Both the position numbers and the translations under genes were made by a program. From Paraspadella gotoi (Eukaryota > Animalia > Chaetognatha): a stretch of 64,000 nt of DNA. The stretch spans positions 14,167,323-14,231,322 of the forward strand of contig CM119264.1 of the NCBI GenBank assembly GCA_051294375.1, in the 5' to 3' direction. The notes below the pieces were generated by a model. That model was given only the letters and a program-made list of their open reading frames with translations, had not been told where the DNA came from and did not search any database. Below are positions 12,476-25,652 of the stretch, in pieces. How positions within the stretch are numbered: position 1 is the stretch's first letter; the number at the start of each line of letters is the position of its first letter.

Positions 12476-14465
12476 ATGAATCGGACGGAATCAATGGCGG
12501 AAAATCTCGAACGTCCATCGAATCTTGGTCTTCGTGATCGTCGTCATCATCTTGGAATCTCTTACCGGTCGAAGAAACCTCGTACCCCCCTCCCTCTTCC
12601 CTCCACCTCTCCATCCCCCCCTCTCTCCCCTTCCACCTCTCCCCTTCTCCCGGGACGCGGCTCCGAGCCCCGATCGGATCCCGCGACCCCGACGGCCCCT
12701 CGCCGTCCCGCATCTCCTTCGGGCCTACCGCCCCCGAGGACCCCGAGCGGCTGCCCTCCACACCGCCCGGGGCGAATTAGCCCCGCACGGATTATCCTTC
12801 CTCGATTCCCGAGGAAATTCTCTCCCTTTGGCGCTATTTTCTTTCCCGTCATCGTCGTCGTCTTCGTCGTCGGCGTCGTGGCCGGAAATGGAATTAGCGC
12901 CGGCGCCACGGAGGCCGCCTCGAGTGACGTCGACGCCGCGGCATCTTCCGCCGCCGCCGTCGCCGCCGGACGACCGGGCCAAAGCGCCGACACTTCCGTG
13001 GCTAACCTAATTATATACGGGGACTCGGCCGTCGTAGGAGAGTCGTTAACGTCGAATACGGTTACGTCCTTCCCTTCGAACTGCGGGACGGCCGGATGTA
13101 ACCGGAGCAACGATGGCGCGATCGCGACGCCGTCGAGAACTCCGGATGTCGTACGAAGAGGATTATTGTATCGCGACGAAGACGACGACGACGAAGACGA
13201 CAATGACGACGATGATGACGAAGACAAAGAAGAAGGCGAATTGAAAGGAAAGAAGAAAAGCCTAAACATTGAGAACAACCAAGACCTAGACGAGTTGTTG
13301 TTGTTATTGGAAAGAAACAGCTTGAACAACGACAACAACGACAACAACGACGGCGGACAAATATACGTAATGAAACGAAAATTCGAGAATGACGACGACG
13401 AAGACGACGACGACGATGAGGATGAAGAAAACGACGATTTAAGTTTTATCAAAGATGACTATGATAATGATAATGATGACTATGATAATGATGCTAAAAC
13501 GGAGATACTAGACAACAGAGATTGCGACTTTAAAAATTGCCAAAAGAACGGAAGAGACAATAACGAATCCAAAGTAAACGACGATGATGATGACGACGCC
13601 GATGACGACCCCGACGACGACGACGACGACGAGGAATGCAATAAAAATCTCGGCGAAGCGGCTCAACAAGAGAAGCGACGTCTGTCGTCTCAGACGGGAA
13701 TCGGAAAAAACAAAAACATAAGCGAAAGGGAAACGAGGTCGACGACCACAGCGACGACGACGACGACGACGGCGACGACTACGACGGGGAGAAAAAAAGA
13801 AGAAACTAACTTCAGCGCTTCGACCAAAGGAAACAAAACAAACAGAAAGAAAGTCGACGCTGGAAACGGACATCGACTACAACGACGACGACGTCAAGAA
13901 CCACTAAGAGACGGGACGACGAAAGGCGACGACAGCGACGACGACAGCGACGACGGAAACGACATCCGACGGAGGAAAAAAGAAATAAATAAAGAAGAAA
14001 AGAAGGAAAGAACAACTCAAAGATTGGAGAAGGAAGACGACGACGACGATGAAGACGACGATGAAGACGACGACCCCGACGACGGGGAAAACGAAGATGG
14101 AAAGGAGCAACACCAGAAACGCGCGAGAGACGGTGAGAAACGGAAGGCGCCGTCCCCTAACACCACAACGACGACGACGCCGGCAAAAACGGGAACGACA
14201 GCGACGACGAAGGTGACGACGACGACGACGAATACAAAAACAACCGCCCTGTCTTTGCCGTCTCGCCGGGCCCGGCATCCTTCCTTCCCCGCCGGCTCCC
14301 TCACCGACTCTCCCTCTTTCGCGGCGCTGGTAGGCGGGGCCGGGCTGGCGTCCGCCGGCGCCTCCTCGGACTTGGCGCTGCAACAAGTGACGACCGCGGT
14401 GCCCGAGGGATCGGATATTGGATTCTCTTGCGTCTCTCAATCCGCCGCGGTTTGGGTCAAAGAAG
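12476..14465 (+). CDS. Ig-superfamily cell-surface protein (Lachesin/Amalgam/DIP-like first Ig domain), coding exon 1
   Basis: 663 open codons: Pro/Arg-rich N-terminus, hydrophobic segment FGAIFFPVIVVVFVVGVVAG (aa 118-137), long Asp/Thr low-complexity region, furin-type RRAR (14264-14275), then Ig strands A'-C (AVPEGSDIGFSCVSQSAAVWVKE). Ends at AAG|GTGAGG, phase 1, in frame with the next exon. The last 39 aa of the 702-aa track ORF are intron read-through. Subfamily assignment is tentative. Confidence 0.85.
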
Positions 14466-14825
14466 GTGAGGAAGCTTGGGTTGGGAGTGAGGGTCAGGGT
14501 GAGGGTGAGGGTGAGGTGAGGGGAAACGGGATGTGGTTGAGAATCAATGACGTAGTACATTCACAAAAGTCGTTAAATCATTAGCATTTTCACTTTCATT
14601 AGTGGTACTTTCATTTTTTTAAAGCCTTAAAACTGCTTATAGAATTTTGAAGGAAATAAACGTTACTTTTACCCTCAAACAGAGAGAATAAACAGGTGAT
14701 ATGACTGTAGGCTTTTCTAAAAACGATTTCGTGACAGAAAAGTAACACCTGTGATTGAAAGAAAAAAAAATAACACAACAAACATAAGCAAAACATTTGG
14801 AAATATATATATAGATAGAAAGAAT

Positions 14826-14890
<65 letters not shown>

Positions 14891-15204
14891 CATTAGATTC
14901 ACGTGAAAGTGCACCCCGCTTTCGTCTCGTCCCCCCGTCGTAAATTTTAAACGCCAAGATAATAATAACGAATAAAATATGTACGAAAACCGGACGTAAA
15001 CCAAAAAAGAGGAAGATTTTATTTTTCTCTTTTATACTCAGTGTTCATTACTGTTTTCGCTTTTTTCTTTCTTTTCTTTGCACGAAAAAAAAATAAGAAA
15101 GAAAATGAAGGGAAAGAGGCGGGAACCAAGAGGCCATAATGCCTTAATATTTTTTCCCTCTGTCTGGGAAAAGAATAAAACGTGACACAGAAAACGAGTG
15201 AGGC

Positions 15205-15314
<110 letters not shown>

Positions 15315-15969
15315 GCAAGAGTAAACCAAGCAGAGCGACAGAGGCTTAGCGAGATTAGCCCAAAGGAACGTCATATTTTCGCGAAAATATGAGCGAATTT
15401 AAAATGCAGTATTTTTTTCTTACATTTTTTTTTGCGCGCAGATGCAGTCTAGTCTTCAAAGACGGCGCCTGCGCAGCAGTTATTTGTGAAAACAGCAACT
15501 GTCAACGAAAAAGGCACTGCTGTTCCAACTTTAAAATATTTTTATAACAAAACACTAGGTTTCCTTTCCAGAAAGGAAAAAAAACCAACAAAGCTGGTAT
15601 TAAAAGATTTTCCTGAGATTTTATTTGTGAGTTTAGGAGAATGGAACGGGCGGAAGCGAAGGTCAGGCGAAGGCGGAAACCTAAAAGCGAAAGAGAATCA
15701 GGGTGAGAAACACAAGGAGACGCGTGAACATCGAAGAGCGAAAAACGTTCGTCTGATGTGAATCGAGTTTGATGTGAATTCAATTCTCACCGACGCGGAT
15801 TCCATTTCGCCGGATTTCTGACTCTAAACGAAACGGATTTGGAGTCGGAGAATCGGAGAATCGGGCAGAATCAAAAGCAACACCATCAACAAAAGGCAGC
15901 ATCAACAACAATTAGGTCCTCCCATTGCACACTAGGACAATCAAATCTCTTTCTTCCTTCTCTCTCTCT

Positions 15970-16029
<60 letters not shown>

Positions 16030-16210
16030 CTCCTCTCTCTCTCTCTCTTTTCTTCCTCTTTTTCTTTTTTTTCATTGGCCGCAGCATATCGATCGTCTCC
16101 ATCTCTCGAGCGTCTGTCCTCATTGTATCCGGTTAAAGTGTCTTTGTCTCATTAATCTCCGCCTCCGTCGCGGAATTCGCGTCCTCTTGGCTTTCTGCCA
16201 GCGTCTAGTT

Positions 16211-16283
<73 letters not shown>

Positions 16284-16911
16284 CTCTCGTTCTCTTCTGA
16301 ATCTTGTATCAAGGTCCAGAAATGTTTCCATGATATATCGATTGTCTTTCATTCGCTTCTTTTCTATTCATGAACGACACCATCAAAGGAGATACATTTT
16401 CAAAAGTATTAATGAAATTGGCAACGATTTTTCATGACAACAATTAGCAGAGATCTTTTCTAAGCTCTTCTTTGCTGATAATTATTTATCGTCTTTCATT
16501 CATTTTTATTTTAAATTTTAAATGGAATTGTTTCTAAATCTTGCTTTAAAAATTTTACAAATTTTCCTTTTTAAAATTTTGGTTCTTACTTACGTCTTCT
16601 TAATCGGCATTACAATCATGACCCTCATTATTTCAGATCATAACAAAGAAAAAATTATTCCGTCAAGCGACGGAAAAAAAACCACTCAAAATTGAACTGC
16701 TAAAAACGCACGTGCAATATTCAAAACGGAATTTAAGAGATGAAAAATTAAAAATATCTGTCTACTTTGTTTTCACTCCCCATATCACACTCACTCACTC
16801 TCTCTCTCTCACTTGCATTCGAATTGAGCTTCCTTCTCTTCTGTTTTTCGCGTTCTCCGTTTTTCATCGCCGTTTTAGATTCGCGCCGCCGATTTCCATG
16901 TAAGACAATTG

Positions 16912-16993
<82 letters not shown>

Positions 16994-17895
16994 CCTCTCT
17001 CCGTTCTTCCACCCACCCCATCTCCCTCCCCAAGTCTCTTTCCATTTCCGGAAACCCGGCCGAGCGTTGCTTACCTTACCTGGAATTCAAATGGATCCAC
17101 ACTCTCTCAGTTTGTTTCCGGTGACGAACTATTTTTCTCCCTTTCGTTTCCTCCTCATCCACTTCCTCTTCCTCCTCTTCTTCCTCCTTTTTCACATCTT
17201 ATTCCTATTTTTCTTTTTTTTGTGAATTCTGTTTTCTTAACTTTGTTTTTTTTTCGCTCTTTGTTCATTTGTTACAGACGAGAGATTTGCTGTAACTGTT
17301 TTCGATTTAAACGAAGTTGAAAAAAATCCAAGTTGACTCCATTTTCAAGGGAGGGAAATTCGGTGCAACGACAGAACAAACATCCGCGTTGATTTTTGGT
17401 GATGGCGGGAAAGTATAGAGAATTGGGGGGGGGGAGAAACGAAGGGAATTACATGGTGGTGGTTTGGAAGAGACACTTTGGGGAGAAGTAGATATGGAGA
17501 GACAATGAGAGAAAGAGAGAGAGAGAAAGAGAGAAGAAGGGATATTTCATAAATTGTAAAATGATTTTAAAAATTGTTGTCTGCCGTTGAGCGCCCATGA
17601 AAATGATTTCGCAACGTAGAATAACTGGAACTAGAGTTGTATGTTCAAATGAAAATGAATGAAAATTCTTTTCAAATAAGTCTAAAAACAGAGTGTGGGT
17701 TAAAAAAGAAAAAGAAAAAGTAAAAAAAGACGAAAAACGAAAAAAAGGGAAAAAAAAGAAGAAAAAGAAAGTAAAGAAAAAGAAAAGAGGAAAAAATAGA
17801 ATAAAGTCTCCCTGCCTAATCCGTCCCATGAGGCGGTTTAAGAAATTACATCTATGGAAGAAGTCGTCTGCTCTGGTTTGATGGTTTGAGAGTCA

Positions 17896-18008
<113 letters not shown>

Positions 18009-18070
18009 ATCCCTTCCTCTCAATCACGTTATACGTTACTTTAACTGTACTCGCTCTCCTCCTATTACAG

Positions 18071-18192
18071 GCGAATCGATAAAAACGACTCAGTTTCTGT
18101 CTCAAGGATCGATCCCCTTTGACGAGAGCATCGATCTGCGGAAATACGACTTCAAGCAGAACGGGAATCTCTACTCGCTCATGATCAAATCG
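18071..18192 (+). CDS. Ig-superfamily gene, coding exon 2 (Ig strands C'-E)
   Basis: Acceptor CTCCTCCTATTACAG. Phase-1 entry gives GESIKTTQFLSQGSIPFDESIDLRKYDFKQNGNLYSLMIKS, including the E-strand motif Y-x-L-x-I. Donor GTGAGG at 18193, phase 0. Confidence 0.9.
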
Positions 18193-18290
18193 GTGAGGCC
18201 TCACAACGAGTGAGCCGGTTGGATGGTGGCCGAAGACCCTCTAATCGTAGACGGGAGAATGACTCGTTCCTTCCCGATTTTTTTTTTTAG

Positions 18291-18357
18291 GTCAACGTCG
18301 AAGATTCGGGAACGTACAAGTGTGGCAACTCTCTCTCAGCGAGTCTAATGGTTGTGG
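18291..18357 (+). CDS. Ig-superfamily gene, coding exon 3 (Ig strands F-G)
   Basis: A 98-bp intron ends in poly-T-AG. Translation VNVEDSGTYKCGNSLSASLMVV contains the canonical D-x-G-x-Y-x-C motif. Donor GTAAGT at 18358 is phase 1, as is typical at Ig domain boundaries. Confidence 0.92.
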
Positions 18358-21034
18358 GTAAGTCGTTTTCTACTCACTTTGCGAAAACGAGTTAAAATCC
18401 TTTCTTTCGCAAACATGATTTATTTTTCTTGGACTGATTTTTTAAAAGCCTAATTTAATTTCTCTTTAAATTCCTATCTTGTTGTTATTAGTAACTCCGG
18501 CTGAAGCAGAAAAAAAAAATGATAAAACAAAACTGGAAACCAAAATAAAAAAAAAAAGGAAAAGGGAATAAATAAAAGAATTCCCGAATGCGAAACATTT
18601 ATTATTGAGTTTAAACGGAAAAAAGATGATTTTTTAAAAACGGAAAATGAAAAAGCGAAGTTGGCAACGACGAAACTCGGGCTCGAAAAACATGTTGGGT
18701 TCCGTTGAGACCGAGAAGGAATGAAAAAAAAAGAACAGAAACGGAAAGAAAAAATCGGGAAAAAATGAAAGAGAAAAAATGAGAAAAAATGAGAGAAAAA
18801 AAAAATAAAAGAGAGAAAAAGAAATAAAAAAAAAAGAACCTGAATTTAAAGTCACAGACATCGTTAAAGCCAGAACTCCGGTAAAATAAAAAAAAAAGTG
18901 AGAATAAAAATGGCAAAAAAAGGGAAAACGGAATCTGTCGGAAATTTTCTCCGAAACATTTTTTTCAAAAAGGAAATGAACCGAAATTAACTGATGTTAG
19001 CTGCAGATACGAGAAATGAGAAGAAATCGTTTGGCGAATCAAACGAAATTTAAAAAAAAGAGGCAAAAATCCAAACCAATGATAAAAACCGAGTGAAATT
19101 AGTCTTTCCCCTCTTGAAATAAAAATTTCAGCGGGGAAACATTTTTTTTCTTTTTCCCTTTTTCCTTCTTTCATTTTCTCTTTCTTCTCTTCTTCTTCTT
19201 CTCCTCCTCTTCCTCTCTTCCCATTTCTCTTTCTATTTTTAGAGCGATATCCAACTGGGTTTTAATTTTGGATCAAAACAATTTCCTTTTTTTTCCAAAG
19301 AAAAGTTCTCGTTTTATGGCGCAAATTGTGAATTTTCGCTCATAAACCGCAGAATTTAAGCGAAGAAACAGCAGAAATTTAGCGCGTAAAATGCAGTTTA
19401 GGCAGGAATTATTAAACTTGCGCCTGTTGCAGATTTTTAAAATCTTTGTTAATCTTTGTTTATGCTTTGTATATCAACTTTTCTTTTGGCTTTTATTACA
19501 TAATTTTATTATATATTAAAATTTAAGAGATTAAACGACGAGGTCGGGATCGAAAATGAGGTCCGTTGGGAGCTAATAACTTTTTATATTTCCCATGTAA
19601 ACAGAAAAAAAAAATTTTCAAGATAAAAAAAAATAAATTAGTAATCAGACAAAAAACATACTCTTCACCGATCTTATTTTTACCTCAAAGTGAAAATAAA
19701 AACAAATAGAAGTGGAAGAGAAGGGAGAACTTTAATTTTAAACATTGTGAAAATGTTTAATGGAGTCTCGGCCGCGACCGAAACAAAAAAAAACAATCAG
19801 TTCTCACTTTGTTTCGGGTCTCGCGATCGAAAATCGATGAGAAGGACATTTAAACTTTGCGAAGCGGAAGGTTTTTCAGTCTGTGGGGGAGAGGGAAGGG
19901 GGAACGGATGGGATCGGGGCGAAAATCCTATCTGGGGTAGCGCGGGAACAGGATGATTCGTAATATAAGATTATCTAAGTTCATATTTTTAAAAAAGGCT
20001 GGAGTCGTCCGTGAGTGAAGTTTTTTTTATGATTGAAAGTAAAAAAAAAAAAAAAAATTCAAACGAACGGGGAAACTCTCTCGTCGAGTGATAAAAATTC
20101 ACATTTTCCGTTAACTACTTTAGTTTTCGACTTTCGAAACTTTTTTGTCTGATTCTTTCGTCTACTATTTCGATGTCATTCACTTCTGGCCTCTTCCTCT
20201 TTCTTATCCCCTTTAACTTTTCTCTTTCCTTTCGTTTCCAACTCTTCCCCTCTTTTTTTCTTTTCCCCGATCGCATTGAGCAGTCGGTTCCATCTCCCTC
20301 TTCTCCCCTTTCTCCATCGATCGGTCAGCGCCCTCTGCCCACGCCGCGGCGTCGTCCTTCCAACTCACATCGAAGGTCCAGGCTTCGATGAGTTTTCGGC
20401 CATCGATTCGACGGCGCGAGGGGAAAACCAAAAATCGTGGGCGAGGTCTCTTCGTCTGGAGAAGTGCCGGGTTCGAGGCAGACGGACGCTATGAAGACTC
20501 AAAGAGATTGAAATTATTATAGAGCTCACAAACACACACTCTCTCTTTTCTCTGTCTATCTATCCTCAATCCAAGCGGCTTTTTTTTTTTTTTTACAAAA
20601 ACACAAATCTTCCCGCGTTTTATCTCTAACTTCTGCGTGAGTAATCGCACAAAAAAATCGTTCCCTCCCGAGAACCAAACTATGTCGGTCGCCATGCCGA
20701 CTTTTTCTGTATCACCTGCATATTTCGCGCTGTGCATTCGCCGCCTCCGCCTTTAAATTCTATAGAAGGATATCAACTACAAAAAACAGTATTGAGATAG
20801 AGTGACGGACAGAAGGACGGACAATTAACGGAAATCACAATGATCACAATGACCAATTAAATCATATTAGACTCGGAATAATGCCGAGAGGCTTTTGTTG
20901 TGTCAAAACAAGATATCATTTCGAATATTTTTCTACTGGTAACCGATTATGGTCCAGTGCAGTGGTCACAAATGATTTTCAAAAAAATAATTTCCACTCC
21001 CAAAAAAGTCGCAGGTTTCACTTTAAAAGATGAG

Positions 21035-21035
<1 letters not shown>

Positions 21036-21069
<34 letters not shown>
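21036..21069. repeat. (GAC)n trinucleotide microsatellite, representative
   Basis: Read directly. Related tracts at ~2851-2870, 22590-22700 (GAT/GAC), 24023-24066 and 52381-52428. Confidence 0.95.
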
Positions 21070-21178
21070 AACCACAAAACACACAAACTCACGCAGGGCC
21101 CACACACGCGCAAAGCCGTAGGTTATGTCGCCCGCACGAAGACGCCCACTCGCGCCCTCCACTTCCCCTTGGCACGCG

Positions 21179-21273
<95 letters not shown>

Positions 21274-21721
21274 CAAACGCGTATTTCGAAATTCGATTGT
21301 AACTCGACCGTTAATGTTTTAAAAGCGGAGCCGTACGATTCGTCGTCGTCGTCGTTGTAGTCGTCGTCGTCGTCACTTGGTGGCGCGGACGTAAACAAAA
21401 ATAAACATTGGAAATTGAATGGAGTTTTTCGGAAAGAGGGAAGAAGTTAAAAACCCAGCGGCGAGGGGCTCCGGCTTCGGCGTGGGCGACGTCGGCCGGG
21501 TGCGGCTGCGGCGGTCCCTCGGCAGCGGCAGCGGCGTGAATAATTGAAATGAAGATTTACTGTGGAATCCAAATAAAGAGCTTTAGCTTTTACTCACGGG
21601 AGGTTGAAGGGAGATCGAGATAGAGAAGAGAAATAAGAGAGAAAGAGACGGAAAAAGTGTTGACTTCTGAATTGAAGCGAGATCTATTTAGTGGGTAAAA
21701 ATTAGGCTTGATCTTTTTTTA

Positions 21722-21836
<115 letters not shown>

Positions 21837-22619
21837 CCAAGTTTCGATTTAATTTCGGCTATAATTTATTTATTCTTTTATTCTTTAGTTAACCGATTAA
21901 CACATTCGATAAAACCGGATGAGACGCCTTTGACGTGCCCGTCTCGCCGCCGCCGCCGCCGCAGCCGCTGTCAACGTTACCGCAGCCGCCTTCTCCATCA
22001 TAGACGGCGCTCCGTCGTCTCATCAACTTTCGCGTCATAAAACCATCATCACAGCATCGCTGTCGTCGCGTGACTCTCTCTCACGATTCACCCCATCAAA
22101 CAATCGCATCTTTTTCGCTCCCGTCACGTGATCGCTTCTTTCCCAGTGAAAAAACAATTTCTCTTACAAATCTCGCATTTTTTTTTATATCGTCCTCGCG
22201 ACATTAGCTTTTCACTTTCGGAGGAGACTCGAACCCGAAACCTTCCGAGTCATAGATTTATTTTGACGTTTAAACAATTCATCCGCCGTTTTCTGCATCC
22301 TTACTTTTATCCTCTTCTCTCATCTTCCTCCGTCTTTTTCCGCGTTCCCGCTTTTTCCCGCCATTTTTCTCTTTCATTTACCATCAATCCATTTCCATCC
22401 CCGCTAATATTTCCTCTTCCCCCTTCCCCCTTCCCCTTCCCCTTTCCCCCACTCCCCCCGCTCCTCTTCCTCCTCTTCCTCCCCTTCAATTTCATTTCAT
22501 GCAAATTAAATGTTAATTTTTCCGCGATTTAATTTTTTCGTTCCTCCCGCTCGATCGTCGCGAATACGAGGGGCGGTGACGAAGAGACGATGATGAGTTG
22601 TGATGATGATGATTATGAT

Positions 22620-22663
<44 letters not shown>

Positions 22664-24021
22664 CCATGATGATCGTGCTGATGACGATGATGACGATGAT
22701 TATATTAACGGTTCATCTAATGAATTAGTTGATGATTATGTTGACGATAGAAACAATGTTTATATTGTTTTTACTGATAATTATGAGGACGACGTTAAAG
22801 TAAGGCGTTGATGACGACGACGCTGTTGATGACGACAGTTGGATAAAGTTAAACAAGACGACGACGACATTCGCGCCGACGACCAGAAAGACGATAATGA
22901 AACGACGAGGGAAAGACGGAAGACGACGACGACGACGACGAAAGCCACGCCCATTTCCTTTCACCGGAAACGGGAGTTTCTGATTAAATCAATAACTTTG
23001 AAAATTGAAGCCGCGTTTTTTACGAGGAAGGAAGAGGGAAAAAGTGAAGCTGAGAAAAAGAGGAGCTTAGGAGTCGTGAAAGGTCGGCGGGAGTGAGAGA
23101 CGGTGGAAGGGAGGAAAGGAAAAAGGGAAAGAAATAGGGAGAGAAGAAAAAAGAGAGAAAAAAAAATTAAGGAAAAGATGGAAAGGTTCGAAGTATGGCA
23201 CCGACGTCGGTATGGACGATGAAAGAAGGAAGTAGGAAAGAAGGGAAAAGAAGGGAAAAGAAGGGGAAAAAAAAGAAGAAGGAATAACGGAAAAGCAGGA
23301 AAGTTTCTTTGTGAGGACAGAATAATAAGGAAGAGAGAAAAGGAAAAAAAAAAGAAAAAAAAGAATTGGAAAAATAAAAATACGGTGAAAAGGAGAGAAA
23401 AATGAAGACGGGAATCAGATAGAGAGAGAGATAAAGCGAGGAAGACAGAGGGAGGCCCCAAACAGAAGCCAGATAGAATTAGAAAATAAGAGAACGTTTA
23501 ATCGAGGCGACCAAAAAGAGTTAAGTTCATTAAAAAAGAAACGTGAGAAAGATCGAAAATTTAAAAAATAGTTAAAATGGAAAGCACGATGAACTTGAAA
23601 ACGAAAAAAAATTAATTGGAGTAGTCTGGCAGAAGTTACCGATGAAAAACTTTTTTCAATGTTAGCATTAATCGGATTGATCTAAATTTGTGGCCAACTA
23701 GCCAATGCCCATGTACCAGGTTTACCTTAACGCGTCGAAACGAGAGAGAGCTCAAACTTCAAGTCAAAATTCTTCTCGCCCTTCAGGTTCTGCCTTTCTT
23801 TTTCACGAAAATTCACAAAGCGCAGGACATTTGTGTCATTGTTTTTCACATCGTCTGAGTCTCACTCCCTCTCGCCATCGTCTGTCATCAACGGCGCCAA
23901 CCCCAGTTTCGTATTCCAAACGTCGAGCCTCGTTTGGGGTCTCGACTTCTCTCGACTCCTCGCTCTCTGAGTTTCTCTGACCCAAATATCCCGCCAAGAC
24001 GAGACGACCAACGACGTAAAA

Positions 24022-24067
<46 letters not shown>

Positions 24068-25587
24068 TCATCCAGACCCGGCAGACCCCCTCCGTTCAAG
24101 TTTATTGACGTTTCTGTCCAAACAGTCGACGACTCGGATCGTTTCCCGTCTAAATAGAATTCGAAGACAGCGGGATCGAACCCGCGACTCAGTTGTTCAA
24201 AAGTCTTAATGTCGGAGACCAACTATCTTTAGTCGCCTATTATGCCATCAAAAGCCTTCATTTTGGATCAAGATCCAATGCCCATTGCATTCAACAAACA
24301 CCATCTCTTTCATAAGAGTACACGTCCATAATCCTAAGAACCTTTTTTCCCGCCACCCAGCGTTTCCCGGTTGCCTCCCATCTCGTACGATATAGATCGA
24401 GCCACGCCCATCGCTTCTCACTCCGTTTCCAAGGCAACGCACCCGCCCCATTTCTCCAGCCAATCTAATAAGCGTCGTTTTGTCCGCCGCCATAACTTTT
24501 ATCACTACGTCTTTTTGATGGACTAAAAAAAAAAAAAAAAGAGAGAAGGGAACAAAAGAGGAAAGGCGGCGTCTTCCTCTTTTCCTCGTTTCTTATTTTG
24601 TTCCCCTCTTTTTCGTTTTTTCGTTCGCTAAGAATTTTATTTTTTCCGAAGTTGGAAAAGATTCGACGGTTTACAACTAAAATAAAAACAATAGGCTTTC
24701 ATGAAAAATTGCAAGATTACTTCTTTTACAAAATTAGACTTTAAAATTTTTTAAAATAAATGTATGTTATTCATTTCTCAAAATGATGTACATTTTATTT
24801 AAACATACTGTACTAAGCAACATGGGATCAATCTTTACATCAGGATCGATTTTTTTTCTGGTAAGGCCAAAATAAGAGATCGGTTAATCTCTTCTATAAT
24901 CTAAGGAATAAGGGGACCTTGGACGCCGATGAAACAGACGATAACGACGACGACGCCGACAACAACAATAACAACAACTACAACAACATCGCTATTTTCT
25001 TTCCGGTGGCTGATTCAGCGGAAACGGAGCGTCACTGGCGTCGGCGCGAGATGAGAAACAATTTTCGCGCGCTTTCGTTGTTGTTGTTGTTGTTGTTATT
25101 GTGGGTTTTTCTTTTCTGCTCTTTGATTTTGGATTTGGATACTGAATTGGGACATCAAAAATATATTTTTTAATTCATGATATATATATATATTTAAACG
25201 TTTTCTATCTAATTTTGCTGATATTAGCCATGATTAATGAAGTTATCTTCTGACCAGTCTCTTCTTAATCCTTTTGATTTAAATCTCAAATTCCGTTCGC
25301 CAAACTCACCCCCATCCGACTCGCTCCCCCCCCGCACGCCCCGACCTCGGAAGCGAAGATCGGAATCGAAAGAATTTCTGAGAAATTCTCCAGATTCTTC
25401 TTCTTCCTCCGGATTCTCTTTCACGCCTCGACGTCGATAGGCGAAGACGGAAACTCATCAGACACCGATCTGCCAATAATCCCCGCTGAGGTCATCTTTC
25501 GAGAGGCAAGGGGAGAGGGAAATTGAAAATATTGGAAGCGGAGAGAGAGAGAGAGAGACGGAGAGAGAGAGAGAGAGAGAGAGGAGA

Positions 25588-25624
<37 letters not shown>

Positions 25625-25652
25625 GTAATATAGTAATTTGCAATATTCATAA

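Noticed and set aside
12562-14560. Long antisense ORFs (296 aa, 218 aa and others) opposite exon 1
   Set aside because: Shadow ORFs of a GC-rich, trinucleotide-repetitive coding exon.
20765-20915. Possible second HINE fragment (GACGGACAGA repeats, TCGGAATAATGCCGA hairpin)
   Set aside because: Too short, with no matching subTIR pair identified.
23836-24222. 128-aa minus-strand ORF with poly-Thr
   Set aside because: Centred on a (TCG)n tract, starts at a non-ATG codon and has no recognisable domain.
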